Below are positions 49,046 through 61,252 of a stretch of DNA of 64,000 nt, one piece after another; position 1 is the first letter of the stretch, and each line of letters starts with the position of its first letter. Origin of the DNA: Lama guanicoe (Eukaryota). Where the stretch lies: contig MU054338.1 of the NCBI GenBank assembly GCA_013239625.1, positions 1,428,001 to 1,492,000 on the forward strand. The letters are read 5' to 3'. The notes beneath the pieces are model-generated. The model was not told the DNA's origin. It saw only the letters and a program-made list of their open reading frames with translations, and did not search any database. A program made the position numbers and the translations under genes.

Positions 49046-50179
49046 CTGCGGGGGAAGAGGGGCAGGGAGGTGGCGCCAGCTTCAGAGGCCCGGGAGGATG
49101 GGAAACATGCCTCGGGGTGGGGTAGGGGTGCCAGCCGGTGGGGCAGGCCTAGGGCCTCTCCCTGACGGACCACGAGGACCGGGAAGAGCTGTCCTCCTTC
49201 TACAACAGGAACATGACCCGGGGGACGGTGGGGACCATGTTCTCGGATGGGCAACCAGAATAAAAACCCACATGCAAAATCCCAGAAGCCATGCGGCCCA
49301 CCACCCACCCCCGGGGTCACTGCGCTGCTCACATGGGGGGATCGACCTGAGGAGGTGACAACACTCCAGGGAGCGCCCTTCTGAGGTCACGGCAGTTAAG
49401 TCTCCATTACTGTCACTGCGACGCCCAGTACGATCAGAGACGGAGTCGGGGTGCGGCTCCGGAGCCTGGGCCCCGTGGGAGCAGGCTCTCCAGAAGTAAG
49501 GGCAGCGGTGGCCCAGGGGCACACCCCAACTCACCTGGTCTCCCAGCAGCCCTGTGAGGTGAGCCTGTCCTGACCCAGAAAGCCGACCCCCAGGGAGGCC
49601 GCCAGGATCCCAGCGGGGGGCTCAGGGCAGACCAGCGGGAAGACAGAAAACAAGGGCAAAGCAAGAGGCCCCACGGGGTCGCTCCTCCCACAGAGCGCCC
49701 CTCCTCGCTGGTCTGCGACGCTTCTGAGCGGCTGGGTGAAGTCTCAGCCAGGGTAGCCTGTGACTCAACGTCAACAGTTGCTAGGGGGCAAGACCCCTGC
49801 CCCTGCCCACGCCCCCTTCATGCCTGAGTCAGGCTAAGCTGGAGGACTTGCTGGTTAATGAGCCGGGACCGGCTGGACCGTGTGCGGAGGGCCTGGGGAC
49901 TTGGAGGGAAGGGAAAAGGGGCAAGGGACAAGGGGGCTGGACGAGCCCTGGGCAGCCAGCTGTCTCGTCTCACAGCGCCCCCGCACGCGCTCGGGACGGG
50001 TGACGAGGCCAGTGGAATGCTGCCCGTCTCTGACGGCGGCCTCCTGACGCTTGCAGAGATCAAGCACGCCGCTCGCCCGCAGGGTGCCGCATTCACGTCA
50101 TCCCCCGTGTGGCGCCTGGCGGGTCTGGCACAGCAAGGAAGGCCCGGCAAGGACGCTGCCGGGCTGCCGGCTCACTCAC

Positions 50180-50251
50180 CTCTCATGTACTCGATGGTGC
50201 CGTCCAGCACGAGGTTGAGGAGCGGGTCAAACCCTTTCAGGATTCCACTGG
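50180..50251 (-). CDS. LSM7: LSM7 exon 3 (SGILKGFDPLLNLVLDGTIEYMR)
   Basis: Sm1 motif GFDPLLNLVL; AAG acceptor after a pyrimidine tract; GTGAGT donor; 72 nt. Confidence 0.97.
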
Positions 50252-50519
50252 CTTGTCGGAATCACCGAGGACAGAAGAGAAATGGAGAGGCGTGAGGCTA
50301 CAGACACTGGGGCAGGCGCCAACTTTACTGGGGAGTCAGCACACGAAGACGGGGGCGCCCCCCGGTGAGGGGCTCGCTTTCCGGCAGACACAAGGTGGGA
50401 GCAGCCTCTCCAGGGACAGGACAGGCGGGGGACCATGGGGAAGGCGAGGGAAGGGCCCCTGGAACGGGAGCAGTGACAGCTGACCCCAAAGTAACCCCCC
50501 CAGAACAGTCGGCAAGATC

Positions 50520-50700
50520 TGCCTGCGCCCGTTTTGTAAATAGTTTAGCTGGCACCTGGCCACGCTCATTTGTTAAGTGTCGCCTGTGGCTGTTCTCCTG
50601 CTGCAACAGCAGAGTTGAGTAGTTGTGACAGAGACCGTCTGCCCTGAAAAGCTGAAAATATTCACTGTCTGGTCTTCCACAGGGAAAGTGCCAGCCCCGC
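50520..50700 (+). mobile_element. MER58A-like DNA transposon in LSM7 intron 2
   Basis: TTTTGTAAATAG...GCAGAGTTGAGTAGTTGTGACAGAGACC...AAAATATTCACTGTCTGG. Confidence 0.75.
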
Positions 50701-50934
50701 CTGAGCAAAAGCCCAGCTCTGTTCCTGCTCGTCCCCCTCCTGTGGATCCAGGACCATGACAGCACCTAACGGGGTGCTGGAGTGACAAATGTGATAACAT
50801 TTTCGGGCACTGGCTGCAGCCAAAGCAGCGCGCCTGCACCCAGGGTCTGCCTTCCCCACCGGGATGGGACCCCTGAGGCAGGTGGGTGGGATTCTGAGAC
50901 AGAGACAGAGCCAGCACTCCCCACCCAACGAACA

Positions 50935-51462
50935 AGCCTAGGGAACCCCATCCCCTTGGTGTGGGAGGGGACCCGGGAACACGATGGGATGTCTCTCCAC
51001 GGTCAGGTTATGACAGAGACAGGAGGCTTCGCAGAGGTAACTAAGGTCTATGAGTTGGTCAACTTTCAGTGAAAATAAAGGGAGACTGCGCGGTGGTGGT
51101 GGAGTCCTGTCCTGAAAGGTGAGCACTTAAAGGAATGGCCTCTCTCTGACAAAAGATTTGAAAAACAAGATTTTCCTGCTGGTCTTGAAGAAGCAGACTG
51201 CCGCGCTGCGGACGGGAGCCCAGAGGGTCCCTGGCCAACTCCAGCCAGAAGACGGGGATCCTGGTCCTACAACTTCGGGGATTGACCGGTGGGTGGGCCT
51301 GCGAGACAGGCTTGCAGAGGGGCTCCTTTACTGCAACCTCGGCAGAGACCTGGGCCCCAGGCACCCAGAACCCAGAGCCCCACATGCTGTCAGATAAGAA
51401 TCTGTGTCATTTAAGCTGCTAATGGGTGGCCACTTGCTCCGCAGTGTGGAAGACAAACACAG
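50935..51462 (+). mobile_element. MLT1E/F-like LTR
   Basis: GCTGGTCTTGAAGAAGC...GTCCTACAAC...TTTAAGCTGCTAA MLT1 motifs. Confidence 0.55.
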
Positions 51463-52788
51463 GTGCCCTGAGAAGCAGAAGCCTTGTCTCTGCACACTTC
51501 CCAGAGCCAGCGTGGTGCCAGGGTTTGTGCGGACTCAGACTCTCACTGCGCCGGGCACCTCGACTGGCTGGCGCCGTGTCTCTAGGCACCCTGATGCCGC
51601 CCAGTCATGCACGTCTCAGAGGACGAGGGGTCTGGGTCGCTGTCTTACAAGATGAAACTGAAGACCAGAGGCAGCTGAAGAAGGAGGGTGCAGACCGGGC
51701 GCTCCCTAAGTGCCCGGAACCCAGCCAGACGTTAGTCGCCTTTCACCCTTTAATCTCACTGCTGCTGCTGAGGTGCATGGAGTTAATAGCCTTTCACGAA
51801 TGAGGAGACTGAAGCTCAGAGAGGGTAGCAACCTGCCCAAAGTTCCACAGCCAATGAGCGGATGAGCTGGGGCTCTGCCACGGGCTGCCCAGCCTGCAGC
51901 CCGAACTCCTTCCTGCTGTCTCCTCACCAGATTCCAGCAGGAGATGCAGAGTTAAAGCCTCCCCACAACGAGTGTAAAGCTTCATAAAGCTGCAAGCTGT
52001 GCCAAGTGCTACCTGGAGCTTATAATAAACGGGCCTGACCTGGTGTAGCGGGTCAGGGAAGGCTTCCTAGAGCAAGAGCCTGAGTCGCTGGTGGAGACAA
52101 TGACTGAATTAACCTGGTAACCAGTTATCCTGGTAAGAGCACTCCAGGCAGAGGCAAAACAGGTACCTTTACAGCCCAGTGGTAGTCAAGAGCTCCCTGC
52201 CTTACTCAGGTACAAGAGGTTGATCCTTTACCCTGAAACAGCGGTGAACAGGATGCCGTTTGTTTCTAAGAGGTCCACCTGGCAGCTTCACTGAAACTGA
52301 CTTTAGGGACAGGGTTCTCAACTGGGGCAATTCTGGGCGATGTCTGGTAACATCTGTGCTTGTCAGGACTGGGGGGATCTCCTGGTATCGGGTGGGTGGG
52401 GCCAGGGATGCTGCTCCACACCCCACAGTGCCCATGACGGCCCCCACGAGGAAAGCAATGTGGCCCCAATGTGAGCAGCGCCGAGCCCGGAAGCTCTGGT
52501 GCAGGGGGACCAGTGAGGAGCTGGAGCAGCCGCCTGGTGAGAGGACCCACAAGAGGCGGAGTCGTGAAGCCCAACCACGCGGCCTCAGGTTAGGTCGGTC
52601 CCCTTTCTGGGCCAGCTTCTCCACCTGCAAAAGGGGCGTTACCGTTCCTACTTCCTGCGGCCGTCAACTGGCCGGCACAAGTTGTCAGGGCCAAACGCTT
52701 AAAGCGGGGCCCAGGCATCCGTTATCAGCACTGCCGCGGGTACTCCTCGTGGATGCGGTCGGGGAGGGGAGGGACGGCGGGGCCTCAC

Positions 52789-52879
52789 CTTCGCGACCTC
52801 CCTGGAATTTCACGCGGATCGTCTTGTCTATGTACTTGGACAGATCCAAGATGCTCTCCTTCTTCTTCTTTTCTTTGTC
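52789..52879 (-). CDS. LSM7: LSM7 exon 2 (DKEKKKKESILDLSKYIDKTIRVKFQGGRE)
   Basis: Recognisable LSm7 N-terminus; CAG/GTGAG boundaries; 91 nt. Confidence 0.98.
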
Positions 52880-52971
52880 CTGCGGGGAAAGCAGAGAGCG
52901 TAAGTCCGGGAGCTCGGCCAGGGTCAGCCCCGCCAGCCCCGCCAGCCCCGGGAGCGCCGCTGCACGCTCAC

Positions 52972-52977
52972 CGCCAT
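52972..52977 (-). CDS. LSM7: LSM7 exon 1 coding part (ATG GCG, Met-Ala)
   Basis: AAGATGGCG|GTGAGC: strong Kozak context followed immediately by a donor, in phase with exon 2. Confidence 0.93.
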
Positions 52978-53137
52978 CTTGCCGCGCCGCGCCGCTGTGC
53001 GCAGGCGCCCCCGCCGTGCCCTTTGCCCCCTGCCCGCGCGCATGCGTGGCGGACTCACGGCGCTTGCGCGACGCCGCGAGAGCGCCGGGGCGTTGCTGGG
53101 AAACATCTGCCGACGCTTGCGGCGGGGACCCGGCGAC

Positions 53138-53197
53138 ATGGCGGCGGCTGCGGCGCTGGCGCGGCTAGCGGCGGCTTTCCTCCTCCTCACGGCCCAG
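53138..53197 (+). CDS. SPPL2B: Signal peptide peptidase-like 2B, exon 1 (MAAAAALARLAAAFLLLTAQ)
   Basis: Signal-peptide-like N-terminus; GACATGG Kozak; CAG|GTGAG donor. Confidence 0.95.
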
Positions 53198-55729
53198 GTG
53201 AGGGCGGCGCCGACTCCGCCGGCCCCGCCGGCTGCGGTGCCCCAGCCCCTCGGCCCTTCCGCCCCGCGCAAGGCCCCGCCCGGCCAGGCCTGGGGTCCAG
53301 CCTCGGGGATCCGCGCCCCCCTCGCGGGCGGCCCACGGGCCCGGGGTCCGACCGTGACCTTGTGAGCCTGTCCCCGGCCCGTCTCCCTTCCCCGCCTGGA
53401 AGCCCTTCCCTGCCTCACCGTCACCTGGTCCCGCCCGAGTCTGAAGTTTGGGGCCCCCCCTTCTCCTCCCGGGCCTGCTGGTCTGTCTCGGCGTCTCCAA
53501 CTGTAGCCCGGGATGCCCCTCTCTGGCTCCGTGGCCTTGGCCAGGGGGCTGCCGCTCTCCGAGCCTCAGTTTCTCCTTGGGCGCGATGCTGCCTCGGCCC
53601 TCCCATGGTTGTGGTAAACTGTCCAGCGTGGCACCCAGTGTCTGGCAGTGTCGGGAAGCGGCCAGGACCCCAGCCCTGGAATGGGGTTGAATCGCCGCCC
53701 CATCTTTTCCTCCTGTGACCTTGGCTAAGGGAGTTCCCCGTTTTGAGCGTCGGTTGCCCGCCTGCAAAAGGAGGATAAGGGTACAGTGCGGAGTCAGTGA
53801 GATGATGTTTGGGGTCGTGAACGCGCAGCATGCTACTTCTTGGTTGCTTAAAGTTAAGGGTCTCCGGTGCAGATGGGGGACTGGCCACGAGACGGCTGAT
53901 GTACATTGTCATAAGCGCATCTTTTATTTCCTAATGTTCCCTCTCTTCCGGGTCCCTCAGCTCAGGAAATGGGGTGCCCCTAAACAACCTTACAAACTGG
54001 GCTGTTAACCTTGAGCTGTCTGCTCCAGCCCACCCCCCAGCCTCTGCTCCAGGAGGCTGACATTCTCCCCGAGGCCACTTTTGTCCCCCGCTGCATCCCC
54101 AGTTCATACTCAGCGTGGCAGGAGTGATCTCCTTCAAAGTGTGTCAGGGCTTGTGTCCAGATGAGAGCCTTCTGGTGGTTCCTGGTGCATTCAGGAGGCG
54201 TCTGTGATCTGGCTGTCAGGAAGCTCCCCTTTCTTTCCGCCTCTATACTGAAGGCCCTCTGCTCGCTGGTCTTCTTTGTTTCCCTGAATTCCCTGGTCAT
54301 CTTTCTGGTCTCACCTTAGCTGTCCCTCCCTCCCGGTAGCTCTCTGGGAGGCCCCCTCCTCAGCTGCTTTGCCAGCTCTCAGACTTCCCTTAGCCCTGTT
54401 GATTCATCCTCCTCAGCAGCCTGAGCAGTTGGAGGCAGGGACTTTGAGCTCTCCAGGTGTTTCAAACGGGGGCAAAGGGAGAGGTGGTTGGAGGGTCATG
54501 GGAACGCCACCAGAGGAGGGACTCAGTTTGCCTGGGAATGCTTTTCAGAAGCAGGGGTGCCCAAGGGGCGCTCTGAAGGATGAGTAGGAGTTTGCTCGGT
54601 CACGAAGGTAGAAGGAGGGTGTTGCAGGTGATGGGAGCAGGCCCAGATGATCTAGAGATGGTGCAGGTCCACGGCGGCTGGCCTGTGGGGTGGTACAGTG
54701 GTGACACCTGAGAAAGGTGTCACCGCAGTGGAGGCCCTTCAGGTGCCCGCGCAGGGAGGCTGGGGTTTCCCCCTCAGCTGGGGGGCCGGAGGGGGAGCGG
54801 CAGTGGGAGTGGCTCCAGCCTGCGGCCTCCCGGGGCTGGGTGCAGGGGAGTGGGCTGGCGAGTGGGGTCTGGTGCTGGAAGGCTCATGTGCTGGGGCGTC
54901 TGGGCTTGTTCCCGGCTGGCTGAGGATTTTGAACTTTACCCTGAGTGTAGGGGCCGTGGAGAGCGTTGGAGGGAGTGGGGGGCCCTGGCCAGCTCTTCCT
55001 AGAACAGAGCCCTGGGTGTGGTTCTTCCTAGTAGCCGAGAGTGAGACCCACCTTCCCTGGGGCAGGGCGCTGTTTGCTCACAGCCCTAAACTCACCCTCC
55101 ACCATCCTGTGACCTTGGGCGAGGGGCTGGACCTCCCCGGGCAGACCCACCCCCCAGGTGCTGTCAGCCCTGTAAAGGCCTGTGTGGGGCTTGCTACTCA
55201 GCAGATCTGCCCCAGCCCCTTCTGCCCCTTCACCCCTCCACTGCCCCCTGCCCCGTCCCCCTCCCCCTCCCTCCCTGTCCTCCACCTGAACATCTTTTCC
55301 TAAGCTTCCCAGGTCCTAATTATCCCACGCTCTCCTGGAACTCGCCATCTTAGGAAGAGTGCTCCCAGCCTGGACCCGTTAGCTGCTCTTGAACCTCCTG
55401 ATGTGGATGTTTTCCTCCTCTTGAGGCACAGTTTCCCCAGAAGCTGCCGAACCTTCGGCATGTCGGGAGGTGGCCCTCCTTGGTAGTCCCGACTGTTTCT
55501 GGTTCTCCACACTGGGATGGGCCGTGCTAGAACTTGGGACACTCAGCCCCGGGTCCTCTGGAAGAACTTCCCCCAGCCCTTTAACTCCATAGGGAGGAGA
55601 CCACGCTTACAGGGAAACTGCGCTCTCTGGTGTTCGATACCAGCCCGGGTTTATTTCTTAACGCAAATTGTAAGGGGGGTGGGATTTGTGAAGTCTGCAC
55701 TCGTACTTTTACATTTTTTTAAAACGTAA

Positions 55730-55842
55730 AAAAAATTTTACTTTAGGAGGAATTAGGTTTATGTACTTTTAATGGAGTTACTGGGGATTGAACCAAGGGC
55801 CTTGTGCTTATACTGAGCACACCACTAAGCTATACCCTCCCC
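55730..55842 (-). mobile_element. tRNA-derived SINE (vic-1-like) in SPPL2B intron 1
   Basis: TTAATGGAGTTACTGGGGATTGAACC...CTATACCCTCCCC. Confidence 0.78.
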
Positions 55843-57804
55843 GCTTAAAAAATGTTTTTCACTTTTGCTTTTAAGTGATCTCTTTAAAAAGGAATATCTA
55901 TGTCCATCCCCATTTTACACAAAGGACTGTTTTCACCAGCAGCTTGGACCCCGTAGACCAGGGGTCAGCAAGCATTTTCCCAAGGACCAAACCCATGTTG
56001 GGCTTTTCAGGCCACTTGGCCTCTGTTGTAACTGCCCAGCTCTGCAGTCGCAGCGAGAGCGGCATAGGCCCTGCCTACGGGAGCCAGTTGAGGGGGTGCC
56101 GGGGGCTGTGAGCAGGGACGGCCCCTCTCCAGGAGCGCAGGGCTGGGCTTGGTCTGGGGGTGGTCTGGTGGGAAGAGCCTGGGGGCTGGGATTCCTAATC
56201 CTGCCGCAGGTCCCTGCTGTGCTCTCACCAAGGGCCAGGCCGGTTGTCAAGGCCACTGACCGTCAGGACCCCCGCCAAGCTGGAGCTCCCCCAAGCTGCA
56301 GTCTGAGGCCACCTTTGGGCATGGGTCTGTCCCCGGCATGTGGGTGTGGCCAAACTGCTGCCACATGTCTCCAGGGCAGATCCTCAGGGACACTGAGCAA
56401 TGTGGTCCCCGTCTCGGTCTCCAGGCAACACGAAAGGGTAGGCCCCAAGAGCCTGACCGAGTGTGCAGTACGGGAGTTGGGGTCCAGTCAGGTCCTTCCA
56501 GCCCCAAGAAGCCAAAGGGCCAGGGAGGGCTCAGGGCCCATGCCTGGACATGGCCGGGCTCCTGGCATGAGGCTCTCTGTGACCTCTCCTCCCTCTGACC
56601 CAGGGTGAGCCTGCCCAGGGGCAGAGCAGCCCGGACCTGGGCCTGATGCTGTGAAACCCACTGAGTCCTCGTGGGGGCTCTGTGGGCCTGGCCGAGCCCA
56701 GTGTGTGGGAAGGGACACAGTGGTCCAGGCAGGAGGGAGGGCGAGCAGGTGGTGGGGACAGTTCTGTGAAGTGCTGCTGTTTCACATAGACAGAGCCACT
56801 TGGCATTAAACGGGGAAGGTGAGAGCCAGCCCCTCCTGCCCCAGGCCCTGGCCACTCGACTGCCCTCGACGGAGGGGTCCAGTGTTCTGGGGACTCGGGG
56901 TCCTGCCCCTCTGCCTCGCTTTGCATTCAGACTCGGAGCCACGGCCCCACTGGCCGGTGTGTCCGGCCGCCCTGTCCTCTACCATCAGCCCACCGCCCTA
57001 GACCCTACTCCATGTCAGAGCAGGTGGGGGTCCATGCGGACTCTGTGAGGCCCTCCGTGAACACCCTAGCAGGAGGAACTGGAGGCTGGCCACTGGCACT
57101 CTGGCCCCCTTCCTGGGAGTAGTGGGCCAGGAAGCCCGGGCAGTCCCGCTGCCCGCGGCTCTCAGGAGTGGTGCTCTGCTGGCCGGGATGTGCTGGGGAG
57201 GGAATGCTGCTGCCCCCATGACTCCATCTATTGTGACTGGAGCAGCCCCCGCCCAGGGTAGCCCAGCCCCTCGCACTGTCCCCTTCCTGCCACACCCTGA
57301 GCCGTGGAGGTGGGGGCTGTGACCCACTGGCCTGGGTCCTGGCAGGTGCTGGTCACATGACCTGGGCTCCACCATCCCCTGGGAAAGTGAAGTGCTAGCC
57401 CACAGGGCCTTAGCTCGGTGGCTCACAGGCCATTTTCCCAGGAGCCTGTGGGTCTAGGGTGAGCCCTGAACCTGCTGGGGCGCCGGGAGACCCTTTAGGC
57501 CTGGGAACGGATCTGTCGACCCACCCTGCCTGCTGACAGAGGTGTGGGGCTCTCATCCCCTGTCCTGTCAGTCCCAGGAGGGCTCCCCCTTTCCTGCCCT
57601 CGGAGCCCCAGGGAAGGGACGTGGCACGGTTGTGGTCAGCACCCAGGTCTCCCTGAGGAGGCTTCCCTGGCCCTCCTTAGTGTCCCCACCCTAAGACGTG
57701 TGTGGTCGGGCCCTGGCCGTCCTGCTGGAGGGAGGGAACTGTCCCCAGCCAGGTGGTGCAGTGGGAAAGCCCGAGCTGAGCCCTCTGCCGTCCCCCTCAT
57801 CCAG

Positions 57805-57924
57805 GTGGCCTGTGAGTACGGCATGGTGCACGTGGTGCCCGAGGCAGGCGGCCCCAGAGGCAAGGACTACTGCATCCTGTACAATCCGCAGTGGGCCCAC
57901 CTGCCGCACGACCTCGGCAAAGCG
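57805..57924 (+). CDS. SPPL2B: SPPL2B exon 2 (VACEYGMVHVV...GKDYCILYNPQWAHLPHDLGKA)
   Basis: SPPL2 DYCILYNPQW motif; canonical splice sites; 120 nt. Confidence 0.97.
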
Positions 57925-58629
57925 GTGAGTGCCGGCTGAGGCCCTCCCTGGGGGCTCCCCCCGTGGCATCTGCCTCAGGGTCTTGTCTGTCTCAGCCGCC
58001 GCCCTCCCTCTGCCCCTCCCCGGGGCCTCTGGGGACTCACCTTGCAGAGAGCTGCTGGGGATGGAGGAAAGACCTCCGCTGGTGCTGCAGGGGCTTCCCC
58101 CGAGGAGCTCCCTAACCTCTCTGGGCCCTGGTTTCTCTGGTCATAAAGGACAGGTGTCAGGGCCCTGCCAAGGATCGGCCCCTGGAGGGGACACCAGCCA
58201 CCCCCCAGCCCATGCTGGACGGGGGTGTTGGCAGCGGGGTCCTGAGAGGAGTCAGGGCAGGGGGTGGGTGGGCAGCCCAGACACGCTGCTGCCTGGTCTG
58301 GCCTCACCCCTCCCAGAGGGACTCGGGGAGCCCACCAGGGGCTCAGTTGGGGGGCGGATGCTCCCCACAGAGGCCAGCGCTCCCACCTGCCCTTTGTGGT
58401 GTTAGCAATGGACTGGAGAGACACAGGAAGGATTTCTGAGTGGTTCCCCTGAGCACACGCCGCTCCACGCCCCTCCAGCCTGCCTGGTTCTCGGGGGGTG
58501 TGTGCGTGTGCACAGGTGTGTGTGTGCAGCACCCCCAGTGCCATGAGGGGCTGAGACGGGGGGTCGAGGTGAGGCTGTGTGGGTGGCCTGGAGCCCCCGG
58601 GTAGCGGCGTGAACGCCGCCCTCCCTCAG

Positions 58630-58812
58630 TCTCTCCTGCAGGTGCGGGACTGGACGGCCTCCGTGCTCTGCTCTCCCTCCAGTCTCCCTGCCAAAGGCTT
58701 CACCAACCAGCTCCCCGTGGTGGCGCGGGGGAACTGCACCTTCTACGAGAAAGTGAGGCTGGCCCAGGGCAGTGGGGCCCATGGGCTGCTCATCGTCAGC
58801 AAGGAGGCGCTG
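58630..58812 (+). CDS. SPPL2B: SPPL2B exon 3 (PA domain: ...VARGNCTFYEKVRLAQGSGAHGLLIVSKEAL)
   Basis: Protease-associated RGNCTF motif; 183 nt in phase. Confidence 0.97.
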
Positions 58813-59237
58813 GTACGGCCGCCGAGACCCTGGGAAGCCCGGCCCGGGCAAGGGCTTGAGGCGGTGGGACAGTGAGCAGGCGGGGGGAGACGAGGAGTTG
58901 GCTTCCTTGCTGTGGCATGGGCCTTTGGGCCATGGTCTTGAGCAGGCCTGGGGGGCCAGCAGTGCTGGGATTGGAACTCTGGGCGTGCCATCTGAGGAGC
59001 AGCCTCTCCCCCAGGCCCTCCGGGCCGACTGGTGCCACCCAACCCCAGCGGGAGGGGTTGAGCCCGCTGGCTGCCCTCCTGGCCGTGTCCCCTTCCCCTC
59101 TGGGTCCCCGAGGACACATGAGGGACTCTTCTGCTCTCTGAGGGAGAGGAGCTGGCTCTGCGGCTGAGCTGTGGGGCGAGTTGGCAGCCTCCCCACCCCC
59201 GTGGGCCTCTGACTGCCCTCCCCCACCCCTCCCCCAG

Positions 59238-59327
59238 GTCCCCCCAGGAGGCAACAAGACTCAGTATGATGAGATCGGCATCCCTGTGGCCCTGCTCAGC
59301 CACAGAGACATGCTGGACATCTTCCAG
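59238..59327 (+). CDS. SPPL2B: SPPL2B exon 4 (VPPGGNKTQYDEIGIPVALLSHRDMLDIFQ)
   Basis: CAG/GT boundaries; 90 nt. Confidence 0.96.
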
Positions 59328-59927
59328 GTGGAGCCCCACTCCTGCCTGCAGCCGCGTCTAGGCCCGAGGAGCAGTGTGCCCACGGTGCTGTGAGCGCCAG
59401 CAGCAGAACCTTGGCGCCAGAGGCTCTGCCCGGCTGCAGCCGCCCAGGCCCCAGGGGCTCTCTGCCCACGTGCCGGAGCCCCTGCGCGTCACCCCTCCTC
59501 ATGCCCTCCTGGCTGCTCACACTTGCCTGGCCCCATGGACCAGAGGCCCCATTGCCCTTTGATCTGGGGAGTTGGGTCCCGAGCAGGCGAGCTTCAGCAC
59601 ACAGGGGACATGGGAAGAGCCAGTCTTTGCAGACACTTCCAGGGTTCACAGCAGATGTCCCGATCCCCACTGCAGGCTCCACATCTCCTCATCCCGCCCA
59701 GGCTGCACCCACCTCGTTCACACACACGGCGGGGTGCAGGGTCTGTGGGCCCCTCGCCCGCCCTGTGCAAAGCTTGTCCCGGCAGATCCCACTTCTTTGG
59801 GGTCAGGAGTGGTGGGTGAGGGTGTGGGGCGAGGCAGGGTCTCCCAGCCCCCAGCCCCTGGCGTGGGTTGGCCTCGGCTCCCTGGCTGGGGAGGGGACCT
59901 GAAGCTCGGCTGTGTTCTCCCGGGCAG

Positions 59928-60067
59928 ACTTTCGGCCAGGCGGTGCGGGCAGCACTGTACGCACCCAAGGAGCCCATGCTGGACTACAACATGGTCATCA
60001 TCTTCATCATGGCCGTGGGCACTGTCGCTCTTGGGGGCTACTGGGCCGGGAGCCGGGACGTGAGGAA
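59928..60067 (+). CDS. SPPL2B: SPPL2B exon 5 (TFGQAVRAALYAPKEPMLDYNMVIIFIMAVGTVALGGYWAGSRDVR)
   Basis: First transmembrane segment; CAG/GTGAGT; 140 nt. Confidence 0.97.
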
Positions 60068-60571
60068 GTGAGTGCCCTGCATGGTGCGTGCATGCATGAT
60101 GGGGAAGGAACTACAAGAGGGGCGTCCACACGCCCTGAGAGGTGTCTGGAACACAGCTGCTGTGAATACCCAGGAAGCCGCTGAAAGGCCCTGAGGGTCG
60201 TGCTCCCAAGTTTCTGTTCTGCCACCAGGGTTCAGGGTCCGGGCCCACCCAGGCAGGGACGTCCACTGGAGACCTCGCCTTGGCAGCCCAGGGAAGCCCG
60301 TGGTGGGGCTGGCACAGGGCCAGGGTCTGGGGGGTCCTGAGGGGGTGGAGGGCCTCTCCCAGCTTCCCGCCCAGCTCGGCCATCACGGCTCGGCCCTGGG
60401 GACCGCAGCCCCACCTCTAGCACTGTGAGGACCAGAGCTCCCGCGGCGCCCCGTGCGGTCCCGTCCTCTTGGATGGTGGACCAGCTCCAGCCGGGGGCGG
60501 GAGAGCCCAGGTGCGCTTGGTGGCCATGGGCCAGCCCGCAGGGCAGGCAGTGGCTGTCGCGTCCCGGTGAG

Positions 60572-61245
60572 CCGCCTTCCGGCCTGCCCCGCTGCCCGTC
60601 CCGCCCCGCCCCCCTGACCTGTCCCGCCCCCTTGCCCCTGACCTGCCCCGCTGCCCGTCCCGGCCTCGTGCCCCTGACCTGTCCCGCTGCCCATCCTGCC
60701 CCCGTGCCCCTGGCCTGCCCCACTTCCCGTGCCGGCCCCCTGCCCCTCAACCCTCNNNNNNNNNNNNNNNNNNNNNNNNNNNNNNNNNNNNNNNNNNNNN
60801 NNNNNNNNNNNNNNNNNNNNNNNNNNNNNNNNNNNNNNNNNNNNNNNNNNNNNNNNNNNNNNNNNNNNNNNNNNNNNNNNNNNNNNNNNNNNNNNNNNNN
60901 NNNNNNNNNNNNNNNNNNNNNNNNNNNNNNNNNNNNNNNNNNNNNNNNNNNNNNNNNNNNNNNNNNNNNNNNNNNNNNNNNNNNNNNNNNNNNNNNNNNN
61001 NNNNNNNNNNNNNNNNNNNNNNNNNNNNNNNNNNNNNNNNNNNNNNNNNNNNNNNNNNNNNNNNNNNNNNNNNNNNNNNNNNNNNNNNNNNNNNNNNNNN
61101 NNNNNNNNNNNNNNNNNNNNNNNNNNNNNNNNNNNNNNNNNNNNNNNNNNNNNNNNNNNNNNNNNNNNNNNNNNNNNNNNNNNNNNNCACCCCCGTGCCC
61201 CTGACCCGCCCCGCCTCGCGCCCCTGACCCGCCCGTGCCCGCGCC
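60572..61245 (+). repeat. C-rich minisatellite (core CCCCTGACC) in SPPL2B intron 5, interrupted by a 432-N gap (60756-61187)
   Basis: Repeated CCCCTGACCTG(T/C)CCCG units on both sides of the gap. Confidence 0.8.
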
Positions 61246-61252
61246 CTTCGAG

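Larger units (their letters stand above)
52660..53360. promoter_or_regulatory. Bidirectional CpG-island promoter shared by LSM7 (-) and SPPL2B (+)
   Basis: Start codons only 160 nt apart; NRF1-type GCGCATGCG at 53038-53046; no TATA box. Confidence 0.88.
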
